64,000 bases of DNA. Origin: Eledone cirrhosa (taxonomy: Eukaryota). Positions 27,501 through 37,499 of this stretch are shown piece by piece. The stretch covers positions 123,256,001 to 123,320,000 of the forward strand of contig OZ024741.1 in the NCBI GenBank assembly GCA_964016885.1, written 5' to 3'. The notes beneath the pieces are model-generated. The model was not told the DNA's origin. It searched no databases and was given only the letters and a program-made list of their open reading frames with translations. Position 1 is the first letter of the stretch. The number at the start of each line of letters is the position of its first letter. The translations under genes were made by a program, and so were the position numbers.

Positions 27501-27927
27501 TCCAGTCGCCCACTAACACTAAAGAGCGGGACGTTCCAAGAAAGGTCTCCAGACGCCGGAAGAAATCAGGCCGCCCTGCTCCTGTCGGGGCATAGACGGC
27601 CACTAGCCTGAAAGCTTGCCCGTCTCCGCTGGTCACGTCCAGCACCACCAGCTTACCCTCTGGGTCCAGGAAGATGGCCCGTATGGCGAGATCCAAACCT
27701 CTCCGAAAAAGCACAGCAACTCCTCCACCCGATCCAGGACGGCTGGGAGATGCGTACACATCGTAGCCGCCGAAGATCGGTGCGAAGGCCCGTGCTTCGG
27801 AGATTCTGATCTCGCTGATGGCCACTACATCTATGTTTAGTGACCTGAGGTCGTTGAGCAGGTGACCCTGCTTCCATGACGACCCCAAGCCACGCGCATT
27901 TATGCTGCCTATTCTGAGTGAGGTCAT
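24508..27927 (-). CDS. Intact Tx1-clade ORF2: APE endonuclease + reverse transcriptase + C-terminal zinc finger (1139 aa)
   Basis: The ATG at 27927 (MTSLRIGSINARGL) matches the ORF2 starts of copies A and C. Motifs ISE, VYAP, GDWN, YLDR, YTDH, WKLNASL, KSPGLDG, FRPITLLN, DQSKAFDRV, RQGCPLS, YADD and CPRC..H..VQC are present with no internal stop. Confidence 0.92.
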   Translation of the reverse strand: MTSLRIGSINARGLGSSWKQGHLLNDLRSLNIDVVAISEIRISEARAFAPIFGGYDVYASPSRPGSGGGVAVLFRRGLDLAIRAIFLDPEGKLVVLDVTSGDGQAFRLVAVYAPTGAGRPDFFRRLETFLGTSRSLVLVGDWNGILDARWDCVGLADRGGGCKGLTNLLRRFELSDRYRLDFPNVPMWTWTNRIGSSRSYLDRVFCREIDKSSIGCPQFKIVSYTDHKFVTCVLDLDRLHRRGPGYWKLNASLPARKAYRDRISELVKRALTGAIVNNKWWFALKRAIRIESIRFSKALAIEKNRAEGELVRKLDEALSKGIATDVLAAKLALDQFFNAKHEGCVVRARVRALRHEGTKAVQWARVAEARRGNKATIRSLVDHDGRMLLDPGQMCEAFQRHFAQLFRGSGGPGRGMDFSVYLDGLPRLSATEAKCCEKPITAAEVREAMTGCTRGKSPGLDGLPYELYVQMPDLFGGLLADVYCNWQQNGRIPSSVSRGAVALLRKDPNKGDNIDNFRPITLLNTEFKILAKVLAKRLALVVGGLVGEAQTCAIPDRSIHDNLHLMRYIVERVAREPGTGGSLINLDQSKAFDRVDHRYLAAVLRAAGFGPVFRGWIAAMHSDICSVVRVNGHLSEPFNIMRSVRQGCPLSSLLYVLTLEPLLHKLETLRGVPRELGCGRSVSAYADDVTVVVSNAKHIEAIGTTLREYEAVTGAMINQEKSVGLQLGTWRGRSMPSNSVVGRWTDGPVKLLGVWFGPDLQTDKNWDKVTSRVASLTQKWAERKLSLKGRAEVANAYIASVICYRLTVVPCPKPRLTALERLLFRFLWKGRAPMVRRSICCQHPLRGGLGMPWLMMRRHALRLRHLHLFLDGDQVWSPFARRVFPQLVSLTELQSWVKRRPRGSAWRLECLQALTALDQSGNVIGGNSTSAFYRGLVEGKSDDVLGETLGVDENQLANLFGRTFGPGPMDNFQKSLAWQCYRGALPVRDKLYRHGGAVSRACPRCAQGDETVLHALVQCPKIADLWVYVEHLLSRLGRIQLSSESIVRIAPPFSFSREGQAVFICLVAMAKEIVWWTRLKGLKTSTYLFGDALIDFFKFHLKRKIRVEREVLSSQHFVERWVREARMARVNGPTLSIYL

Positions 27928-27962
27928 GTTTAAAATAGAGTGGAAAAGATGGAAAAGACCAC

Positions 27963-29917
27963 TTACCGTACTTTTGGTAGAGGAGGGATGGTTTTTACAT
28001 CCCTTTTCACTTGATCGTCTGGTGAAGGGACCGTTTTTTAGCAGTCTTATGTTAGTTGGCGTTTTGATTGGTGCTGGTATTATGTAGTCCTGTTGTGAAA
28101 TGTCTGTGTGTTCAATTATGTAAGTCATTAGTTTCTTGTTGTGTGTGTTTATTGCCGTGCATTTGTTTTTCTGGGGGTGGGGTGTGTTTCTGCTATTTTC
28201 TTGTCGTTGTTGCTGGGTGTGTGTGTTTTGTTGTTGTGTTTGCGATGTTGGTGCTTGTGGTGGTGGTGTTGAAGGTGTTGTTGGCGGTGGGGTTGTCGCC
28301 GGTGGTGATGGTGGTGCTGGTGTGGGTGGTGATGGTGTTGGTGGTGTTGCTGCTGTGGGTCTCTTTGCAGTAGACTTTACCCTTTTCTCATTTCTTTCCT
28401 CCCTTTTCAAAGGCGACGATGCGCTGCTTCTGCGTTTGTGCCTTCTTGCGACCTTTTGCCATCCCTCTCCCACCTCACACTCCATGTCTGATTCTGTAAG
28501 GTCGGGGAGGGGTACCAGCTCCACTCTTTCACTTGTTGTTGTTGGTGATGTTTGCACTGGAGTCTCTGTTGCAGCTGCATTTGGTATTGCTGTTGTTGTT
28601 GTTAATATTTCCACTGCTGCTGCTGTCTTTGATTTCCGTGGAGTGGGTATGGGTGCCACGGACCTATCGTTCCTGGTTGCCGCTTGTCCTGTTGCTGGTA
28701 GCCGTGGAGCCGGATTCGGAAGGAGGGGGGTTTTCTCCTTTCTCAGGGTCTTCTCGTTGCAGAAGGCCCTGAGGTGAGTCTTCGATCCACAGCGAAAGCA
28801 TTTCGGGCGTTTGCCCTCAACACTTTATGGGCAGTTGAGTGCCGTTATCGAAGTCTATCACATCCGGGATAGCTTCGATGCACTCCTGGTTGGTTTGGAT
28901 TAGCATCTCAATGGAGGAGCCGACCCAATCTTCTCTTACTTTTTTCTGTACTTGCAGTACAGTTGTTTTGTCCTCGATTCCGACGAGGACAGACGCAGCC
29001 AGCCAAGAAGGGGTCATTCCGGGGGGGACGTGGGTCAGTTTGACCCTCACAATTTTTTTCCCGCAGTAGGAGGGCACCAACACCATTTCCTCGCTCCTTA
29101 GGGTCACTACTGATTGGGCCTTTGCCTCCTGGGGTGTGGCAAAAAGTACGTCTACGGTGGCGTATTTTTTGCCTCGGGTGATGTGCGTTTTCCTCTGCCA
29201 CACAGACCCCAAGGCTTTTTGTATTTGGGCCTCTGTGGCTCTTTCCACCCTACGGGATTTTGTACTTACTGTACGGTACGTGACCGTACAGTGCTCTTGG
29301 GTTTCGAAAAAATTTTTCGCTGCCTTGCAGATTGCTCGGTGTCCGTTCTTTGTCACCATCTTCTTCGCTTCCTCTAATTCCTCATTTGTTATGAGGATTG
29401 TTTCCAAGTTTTTCGCAATACCTGCAAATGAGATTGGTTTTTCTCTGCTGTTGTTGTTGTCGTCAGAGCTGCTGGTACTTTTGTTGTTGCTGCAGGTACT
29501 ACGACTACTGCCTCCGCCGCTGTTGCTGTGGTTGTTGTTGGTGTTGCTGCTGCTAATGCTGTTGTTGTTTATGCTGCTGGTGATGCTGTTGCGGCTGCTA
29601 CTGTTGTTTTCATTGTCACTGTTGCTGTTGTTATTACGGCTGCTACTGCTATTATTCCTGACGTCAGACGAATGAACTGGGTTTTCGTATTTCCCGCACA
29701 CCTGTTTCGTCGCTGTCGTCGTCGTCGTGGAGAAACCTTGCACGCTTTGCACGAGATTTTTCTTTTCTTTCGTCGCTTGCGAAAGAGAAGGGAGGGAGAG
29801 AGACACATTTAAAGAAGGGAGGGAGAGAGACAATCTTCTCTCTGCTGTAGTGATGATTGAGGAAGAAGAAGACGGAATGAGTGGGAGTGACGTATGAAAT
29901 TTCTTTTTCGTAGCCAT
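27963..29917 (-). pseudogene. Copy D ORF1, type A; 1-bp insertion near 28824 and 143-bp deletion near 28035
   Basis: Direct comparison with copy C (cactttatgg vs cacttatgg; ccgtttttta junction). Confidence 0.85.
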
Positions 29918-30150
29918 GTTTTTTTGTTTAAAATGAAATTTTGGGTACAAAACCCCAATAACTGGTTATTTAACCCCGAAGGGCCAAATAACGGACAGAA
30001 AGACCCCTCTCACGAGGAGGAGGGTGTCTTTATCAACAATTTGGTTCAAGTTTTAAACAATTTACAATTGTTTTAACGGTTAAAAATTACTATACCTTAC
30101 AGAGCCGAGCCTCCGTCAACCATGGCATTCAATAATAATAATAATAATAA

Positions 30151-30730
30151 CGTCAGGTGAGGTACCAGAGTGGTTGACAAAAGCTACCACACTTCTGATT
30201 ATGAAAGAGCGAATCAGGGGTAATGATGTTACCAACTATAGACCTATCACATGCCTGTCCGTAATGTCGAAACTGATGACAAGCATTATGTCCGAGGAAA
30301 TCTACCATCACCTCCACACAAACAACTTGTTACCGGACGAACAGAAAGGATGCTGAAAGAAGTCCCGTGGTACAAAGGACCAGCTACTTATTGATAATAT
30401 GGTAATGCAGAATTGCAAGAGGAGACACATTGGTCTTGCCATTGATGGATAGACTACAAAAAGGTATTTGACATGGTGCCTCATTCTTGGAACACCAAAA
30501 ACCTAGAGATCTTCAGGGTGGCAGATAACATCAGACAGTTGTTGGGCAAAAGTATGAAGTCCTGGGAAACAGAGTTAACATCAGCTGGAGAATCCTTGGG
30601 AAGCGTGAAGTTCAAGAGAGGTATCTTCAAGGGAGATAGTCTGTCCCCTCTGTTGTTTGTCCTTGCCCTGATGCCCCTGACCAGTATACTGCGAAAAGTG
30701 AGAGCAGGATACAGGTTGGGAAAGGGAGCG
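30151..30730 (+). pseudogene. Dong/R4-like non-LTR retrotransposon RT fragment
   Basis: [80 protein letters not shown]; [14 protein letters not shown] and RGIFxGDSLSP are typical of the R4/Dong clade. Confidence 0.75.
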
Positions 30731-30850
30731 CTGTCTACAAGCATCTAAAATCACATACACTTAAACGGGTGAGATACACCACCTAGACAGGGGTGGTTGG
30801 TTATCGATCCATTCGGCTTACCCATTTTTATTATTCATTATTTTCCGCCA

Positions 30851-31040
30851 TGGTGGATTGGCAGTATCGGTAGTGGGTCGGACGCCATGCTTTCCAGTAT
30901 AGTTATGTCCCTTTACGATCTAAGTTCTAATCCCGCCGAGGTTGACTTTGCCTTTCATCTTTACGGGGTCAATAAAATAAAGTACCAGTAATGACCTGGG
31001 TATTTGCTGGCCTTGTGCCTAAAGTAGAAACAATTATTTT
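30851..31040 (+). mobile_element. tRNA-derived SINE (family with GCCTTTCATCCTTACGGGGTCGATAAAATAAAGTACCAG core)
   Basis: A-box-like TGGCAGTATCGGTAG and B-box-like GTTCTAATCCC; homologous copies at 41812, 42026, 62557, 63370 and 51527. Confidence 0.8.
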
Positions 31041-31472
31041 CTGCCGCCATTTTCCATCTCCATTTTTACTGTTCTATACTTTTGTCTTTGAATGCTGTCA
31101 TCATTGCACAATTCTGTTGAAAAGTAAATTCATTTCGTACGTAAATGTCTAAAAACCAAAGAGCAGCAATATATTGTAAGATATGGTAAGTCTTTCACAT
31201 CGACTCTGAAGTGTTTATATCTAATTTTTCACAAGTTTTGTTATGCTGTCAATTATTCATGGTTAATTAAATTTTAAAACCTGTCTAACAAAAAAACTTA
31301 TTAGATCTCCCATTAATTGTCTGATTTGATATATTAGTGTAAAAATATGAACAACGCCGCACAAATATATTTTGATTATTTGATTTGAAATATTTATATG
31401 AATCGATTTGAATTTGCATTTTAAGTTAGCAAATTATTTGTAGATTGGTGTCGAGAGAATTATATATTGTGC

Positions 31473-31526
<54 letters not shown>

Positions 31527-31623
31527 GTACACACAAGCACCCACACAGACACACAGGCACACGCACACACACATAAACACACACACACATATATATATAA
31601 TATATATATTTATATTTCAGGAA

Positions 31624-32047
31624 TGTCATGTTGGCAATAAAAACAATTTCCAGTTGGCTGGTTGGTTCGATGACCGGAGGGTTGTTTATATATTGTCAAA
31701 CCTCTTTCGTCACACATTCTGTAACCTCCTCAGTGACTAGGTTTTTATTTTGTGTATCTTTCCTTTGTTCTGTTATACACCAGGATGGTGTAGGGAAGTA
31801 CCAATGAGGACATAACACTGAGGAGGTCACAGAATGTGTGACGAAAGAACTTTGACAATATATAAACAAATCTTAGATTATCGAACAAACCAACCAACCA
31901 ACCAACCGGAAATTCATAATAAATTGAAGTGAAAACAAACAGGAGGGTGTGTTGTATTGTCAAAATGACCCTCCCAAAGTATAACTATCTGTTTCAATAC
32001 ACATTTCCAGATAAGAAATCTCACAAAACAAATTAAAAATCGAATTA
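31624..32047. mobile_element. Fold-back non-autonomous PLE derivative (two inverted pLTR segments, each with a hammerhead motif)
   Basis: Same sequence family as the pLTRs at 37020-37460 and 39205-39605; hammerhead cores at 31695-31737 (-) and 31818-31856 (+). Confidence 0.75.
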
Positions 32048-32923
32048 TCTTTATATATAAAGCTGTGGTTGTCTGTCTGTCTATCGATTTTTGGCACACA
32101 TCTCCTCTTAGAATCTCTGACGGAATTGCACCGAAATTGCTAAACTTGTACATTGAGCCCTAGCGAAGACATCGGAAAAAAATATTTCAAATTGACCCAC
32201 CCTATGTGACGAAATCGAATCTAATGTATCGATTTTTGAGCGTAAGTGACGAGTTATTTCCCTTTGTTCTATATATATAAAGCTGTGGTTGTCTGTCTGT
32301 CTATCGATTTTTGGCACACATCTCCTCTTAGAATCTCTGACGGAATTGCACCGAAATTGCTATACTTGTACATTGAGCCCTAGCGAAGACATCGGAAAAA
32401 AATATTTCAAATTGACCCACCCTATGTGACGAAATCGAATCTAATGTATCGATTTTTGAGCGTAAGTGACGAGTTATTTCCCTTTGTTCTAATTACATTG
32501 AGCGTCTTACGTTCTGTTTACATTTTCTGCGTGCAAAAATTAAAAAAATTACGCTGGCTTTCTCAGCGTTTAAAATGACATTAACACAATACACGAACAG
32601 TTGTCGAGCCAGCAAAATTTTGACCTGCAAAATTCATCAGTTCGAACACTAAGCTTCCATTTTGCTTCATTTCCATTTAAAAGCCTTTTAAAATAATATT
32701 TTTACTTGAAAACAAGTCTATTTAAAGACTACGTAAAACAAGCAAATATTTCGTAAAAAAAAGCAATTATATAAGTTTATTTAAAATATATGTATCTGTA
32801 AATTTCGTTAGGCGTGCAGACAGACAGTCGTGCAGACAGACTTTAAGCCAAAAAAGAAACTTAACATTGTAACTTTAACACAGCTACTGAGCGACCCCGA
32901 GCAACGCCGGGCTTTACTGCTAG
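32048..32923 (+). mobile_element. Non-autonomous Helitron with a 220-bp tandem duplication of its 5' end
   Basis: A|TC 5' end (TCTTTATATATAAAGCTG); 3' hairpin CCCGAGCAACGCCGGG followed by CTAG|T; 32048-32267 repeated at 32268-32487. Confidence 0.8.
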
Positions 32924-32939
32924 TATATATATATTATTA

Positions 32940-33231
32940 AAAATATTAACAAATGAAAAATATTCTCATAATCAACATATATACTTTATTATATATATTT
33001 CAAAGGTACTGTGTTGTTTTCTCAGTACGTCCTCATCAGACAAAATATATGATTTCATATATGACATACCGCTACAACTGCCAATAATCAAGACCGTAGT
33101 GGTATGTCATATATCAAATCATATATTTTGTCTGATGAGGACGTAGTGAGAAAACAACACAGTACCTTTGAAATATATATAATAAAGTATATATTTTGAT
33201 TATGAGAATATTTTTCATTTGTTAATATTTT
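32940..33231. mobile_element. Fold-back element: ~135-bp inverted arms, 20-nt loop, hammerhead on each arm
   Basis: tttgt-CTGATGA..GAAA-tatata-TA-ataaa at 33127-33186 (+) and its reverse complement at 32985-33044. Confidence 0.75.
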
Positions 33232-33275
33232 GAATAATATTAAAATCTCCATGAAATCTTTATTGTTGAGTGCTT

Positions 33276-33411
33276 TTAATCTATTGTAGAATTGTATTCA
33301 TTGAGTAATCAACGAACCATACTAATCTTTGGTCATATATATATATATATATGACCAAAGATTAGTATGGTTCGTTGATTACCCAATGGATACAAGTCTA
33401 CAATAGATTAA
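33276..33411. repeat. Near-perfect palindrome centred on an (AT)n tract
   Basis: aatcaacgaaccatactaatctttggtcat(at)n-gaccaaagattagtatggttcgttgatt. Confidence 0.85.
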
Positions 33412-33419
33412 TATTATTA

Positions 33420-33481
<62 letters not shown>

Positions 33482-33756
33482 TATATACACACACATAAGT
33501 TTTTAAGAGTATGTTAAGTATTTTCAGAAGACTACCACAGCGCAAGTAATGTATAATATAGTTAAATAATGTCGGGAATCTAACCCGTTGAATCGGGCGA
33601 ACGTGAAAATAATCGCATCGGTAATACACACACACATAGCCCCTCGCTCTCTCTGTTTCTTTGTCTCTCACACACACATACGTATATATATACACCCATA
33701 CACATTGTAAATACATTATATATACACCCACACACACGCACACACACACGCACACG

Positions 33757-33838
<82 letters not shown>

Positions 33839-36182
33839 AATTGAAGTGACATAACAACGCAGAAGAATAAACAAATATATTAGTTTAACGCTTGAAATAA
33901 TAAGAAGTCTTAAGCTCTTGGACAGTAGTAGTCCTTCATTGAAGGCCAGAATGAGAAATATAAAGATAGAGTGTGAGAAGTGAGAAGTGGAGGGAACGCA
34001 AAAATAATTAAGAACAAAACACACATACATCAGAGAGAGAGACTATCTAATACAAATTATTGAAGGGTAGATAAATAATTATTCTCTAGGTGTATTCTCA
34101 CAACTTAAACACGCGGAACTTGACCAAAAATCACTGACAGTAATTACAGTTTATGAATTGGAAAATGAATAAATCAGACTACCTGAATAGATTGACACGG
34201 CCATCATTACCAAATCAATTCTTCAAACGTAATTACGATCGATTTCATTTCATAAGCTGTAACAACGGTCAGTGGATTTGGGTCAAGCTCTGGTGTATAA
34301 GATACTCTCCATATATATTTACTTCTCTGAATAAGATCTTTGAAATATCTCTTTCCAATATTTATAATAACACTTTGACTTATTTTCTTTTCTTACCAAA
34401 CAGGCTTGAAACTACAAAAACGCCAGGCACTTTCACATGTGATAAAAAAATGTTCGGAGAAGTTAATTATCTGGTGCTTTACATTATCTGGTGCTATATC
34501 CACTAATCTAACATGTGTTGGTATCATGGCAACTAAATGCACCCTGTCATCTATCCCTACAAATGTATAATTAGTGGGCTGTAAGCAGTGTGCTGAAATT
34601 TAGATATATCTACAACGTGCTAGTATATTCGTTTCTGCTGAGAGGCTGACTAGAAATTAACCAGAGATTTCCTCTGTTAGAAAGTGATGCAAGAGTTCTT
34701 TTAGCACGTCGGTTCAAGAATGGAATCTGGCTTCACATGTATAAAACTATATGGAACTACGCTGGATTTTTCAAGATATCCGTGCCATTTGGTTGATAAA
34801 CATTGGCAAAAGCAGCAGTTTTCTACCTTTCTACTGGCTGTAAGGCATGAATTATACCACGTCCCTTTCGATTCGAGTCATTGAGAAGAAAGAAACTTTA
34901 TATCAAAGTGGCAGTTACAGATCGCTCCCATTTCCTGTTTCCTAACTACATATCTTGTTAACGACAGCCAAAAGCTGGGGCAGGAATCATGCCCAAAGAA
35001 TATCCATTAGAATAGACATCTATTTTATTTTTTTCTTTGATTAATTCTAGCATTACATATTGTTTTATTTTCCCTCGTTCAATCAGAAGTTTCCATAGTT
35101 AAAGTGATGATATATTTACGTAAAAATATCTTAAAGAAATATGGACAGTGTAGGAAAATTAACTCTAACTGTTGGAAGGATTGGTATAGTTTCGAAATGT
35201 TTTAGAGTATTTAATTTCATCCCTTTAAGATATGATTTCAAATATTACGAGATCTTTTTCATTATATCATTCGGTGATAAATTAAATAAATAACGATAAT
35301 ATAATGGCCTTGCTTCATTTGATTAATATCAATCATCTGAATGTCTTGACCTTTCTATAATTGATAAAAAAACAGCTATTTTGTGTAAAGCATAATCTTT
35401 TGAGTTTGGCTCAATATTTCTATAAATATAACTTTCGTTGAAACAATAGGGAAATGTTGTAACAAATTAATGAAATGAATCTCTCCAGAGAACGACATTT
35501 ATATTTTATTTTTAAATTTCGTCCGCCATTTCTTTGATACAATCTGATATTTTTTTCATTAATTTTCTTAATGTAGCATTTCTATTGACAGTTTCTTTCC
35601 TTAATGGAAAGGGTAGTGACACACACACACGCACACACAGACACACAAACACACACAAGCACACATAATAACATTTCGGATTAAAACAAGCAAATAATTT
35701 ATTTGTATTTTATTGTCAGTTCTACAGGAAATAAATTATGTTTGAATTGAAGCAAATGTAATACCTGACTTTACACATAGTAGTGAAATGTTTTTATGTG
35801 TCAGTAATTAAAAAAATATTTCATTGATTTGATTTGATTCTTCACACTAAAGCAGTGAAGTTAATCAGGAAATGGCTGATCATACCACAGACACGTGTAC
35901 CCTTAAGGTAATTGTCAGAGAAATTCAGTGTGCTGGTGTGTGTAACTAGGATGGCGCTTTGAGTTACAGTCACTACTCATTCAGTTACTGAAGAGAGTGA
36001 AGCGACACAAAATAACGTGCCTTGTTTAAAGCCCTAAGGTATCACCGGATTTTGAGCTCAAGACCTTGAAATCGTGAGCTGAACATGTAAAAGAGTAAAT
36101 AACGCTCATTCACCTATAGTTTTGTGTACATCTAATGCTAGTGAGGTCGATACAGGACTGCTTTGATATTAAATACAGTGAA

Positions 36183-36490
36183 GGTGCGTGGCTTAGTAGT
36201 TTGCGTGTTTGACCTACGATTCTTAAGTTGTGAGTTCGATTTTCAGAGGCAGATTGTGTCCTTGAGCAAGACGTGTCTCACGGTACTCTATTGAATTCAC
36301 CAGGAAAAGAAAACGGAGGGGTTGAATATTCCAACAATAAAACTCTCTCTGTCGCGTGGAATCACTCTATAAAATATGTTATAGGTTCACATGTCTGTGT
36401 AATTTTCAGTCACATGCATTTACAACTCACGAGCAAGAAGAATTTTAAATCAACAGAAGAACATAAGTTATCAGAACCGGTTAAGTTGTA
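36183..36490 (+). mobile_element. Old tRNA-derived SINE, second family
   Basis: GCGTGGCTTAGTAG A-box, GAGTTCGATT B-box, TGTGTCCTTGAGCAAGAC; related decayed pieces near 4390-4660, 5640-5750, 35870-36110 (-) and 49700-50010. Confidence 0.55.
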
Positions 36491-37499
36491 ACACACATTA
36501 TAAAATATGGCTCCTGCTTCAGTATTAAAATGACTTTGCCTATGATAAAACTCACTTCTGATGACATGGTAACATGTGTCAATTTCACATATTTTCTGAA
36601 TGGTATTTAAGCAATATTACTGTGTAGGCTAGCTACGCCTATCAGGAATACATAAACATTCTGCACCTTCTATTTCCAATAGTGAATTCTCATGTTCTTC
36701 AATGAGTATTTCAAATGCAATTCCACGAAATTGTTACACATATGCTCACGTTTGACAAATGATTCTGTTCATGTATAATATAATATATTATATCATATAT
36801 GATATATGTTTTCTTTCTAATAATTTCATAACCTGCCAAACGTTTTGCATTTATCCAATATCTATCCGGGAAAGATGTTTAAAACTGACAGGATAACTAT
36901 TGGCATTGATCGAAATGTGTGGTGTGTGCATGTGCACACACACATACACCTATACTCAAGCACTCAGATACACAAAAGTACACACATATATTTCTTTAAA
37001 TGTACATGTATATATATAATTTTTTTTGAATTTGTTTTGCGAGATTTCTTATCTGAAAACGTGTGTTGAAACAGATATTGTTATACTTTGGGAGGGTCAT
37101 ATTGCCCACAAAAACACACGCACCTGTTGGTTTTCACTTCAATTTATTATAGATTTCCGGTTGATTAGTCGGTTGGTTCGATAACCGGAAGATTGTGTAT
37201 ATATTGTCAAAGCTCTTTCGTCACATATTCTGTTACGTCCTCAATGACTAGGTTTTTATTTTGTGTGTCGCTCGTTTTTTCTGTCCTACACTATCTTGTT
37301 TTTGTGTGTTGTGTGCTTAATTTGAGCGTGGGTTACATCCGGGTGTGTGTGTGCTTTTTTATTTATGTGTTTATTTATTTGTCACTAGTTCATTGTTTGT
37401 TCTATCTGTGTGCGTCTTATTTGTTTTGTTAATTTAGTTTTTGTGTGTGTCTGAATGTCTTCATTTTGTCCTTAACTACTGGTTGTGATGTTGCTATAC

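Larger units (their letters stand above)
24210..30130 (-). mobile_element. Tx1 copy D (type-A 5' module), near full length with intact ORF2
   Basis: 5' end GAATGCCATGGTTGACGG identical to copy C; flanked by (AAT)n at 24210-24245 and 30131-30150. Confidence 0.92.

Noticed and set aside
24508-28659. 1383-aa ORF as a natural ORF1-ORF2 fusion protein
   Set aside because: Copy C shows the N-terminal ~245 aa are the ORF1 tail and spacer, brought in frame by a 143-bp deletion; the true ORF2 starts at 27927.
9922-29812. Recurrent + strand ORFs (MTLTTK.., MNCGQP.., MFDINP..) as antisense genes
   Set aside because: They are shadow frames of GC-rich ORF1/ORF2 and recur only because the element is repeated; no recognisable motifs.
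9724-30150. CRISPR-like array or prokaryotic/contaminant island (GC-rich block in AT-rich DNA)
   Set aside because: There is no repeat-spacer structure; the block is eukaryotic LINE sequence with microsatellite junctions.
30851-30945. tRNA genes at A-box/B-box matches
   Set aside because: No cloverleaf is evident, and the boxes run directly into the SINE body in all copies.
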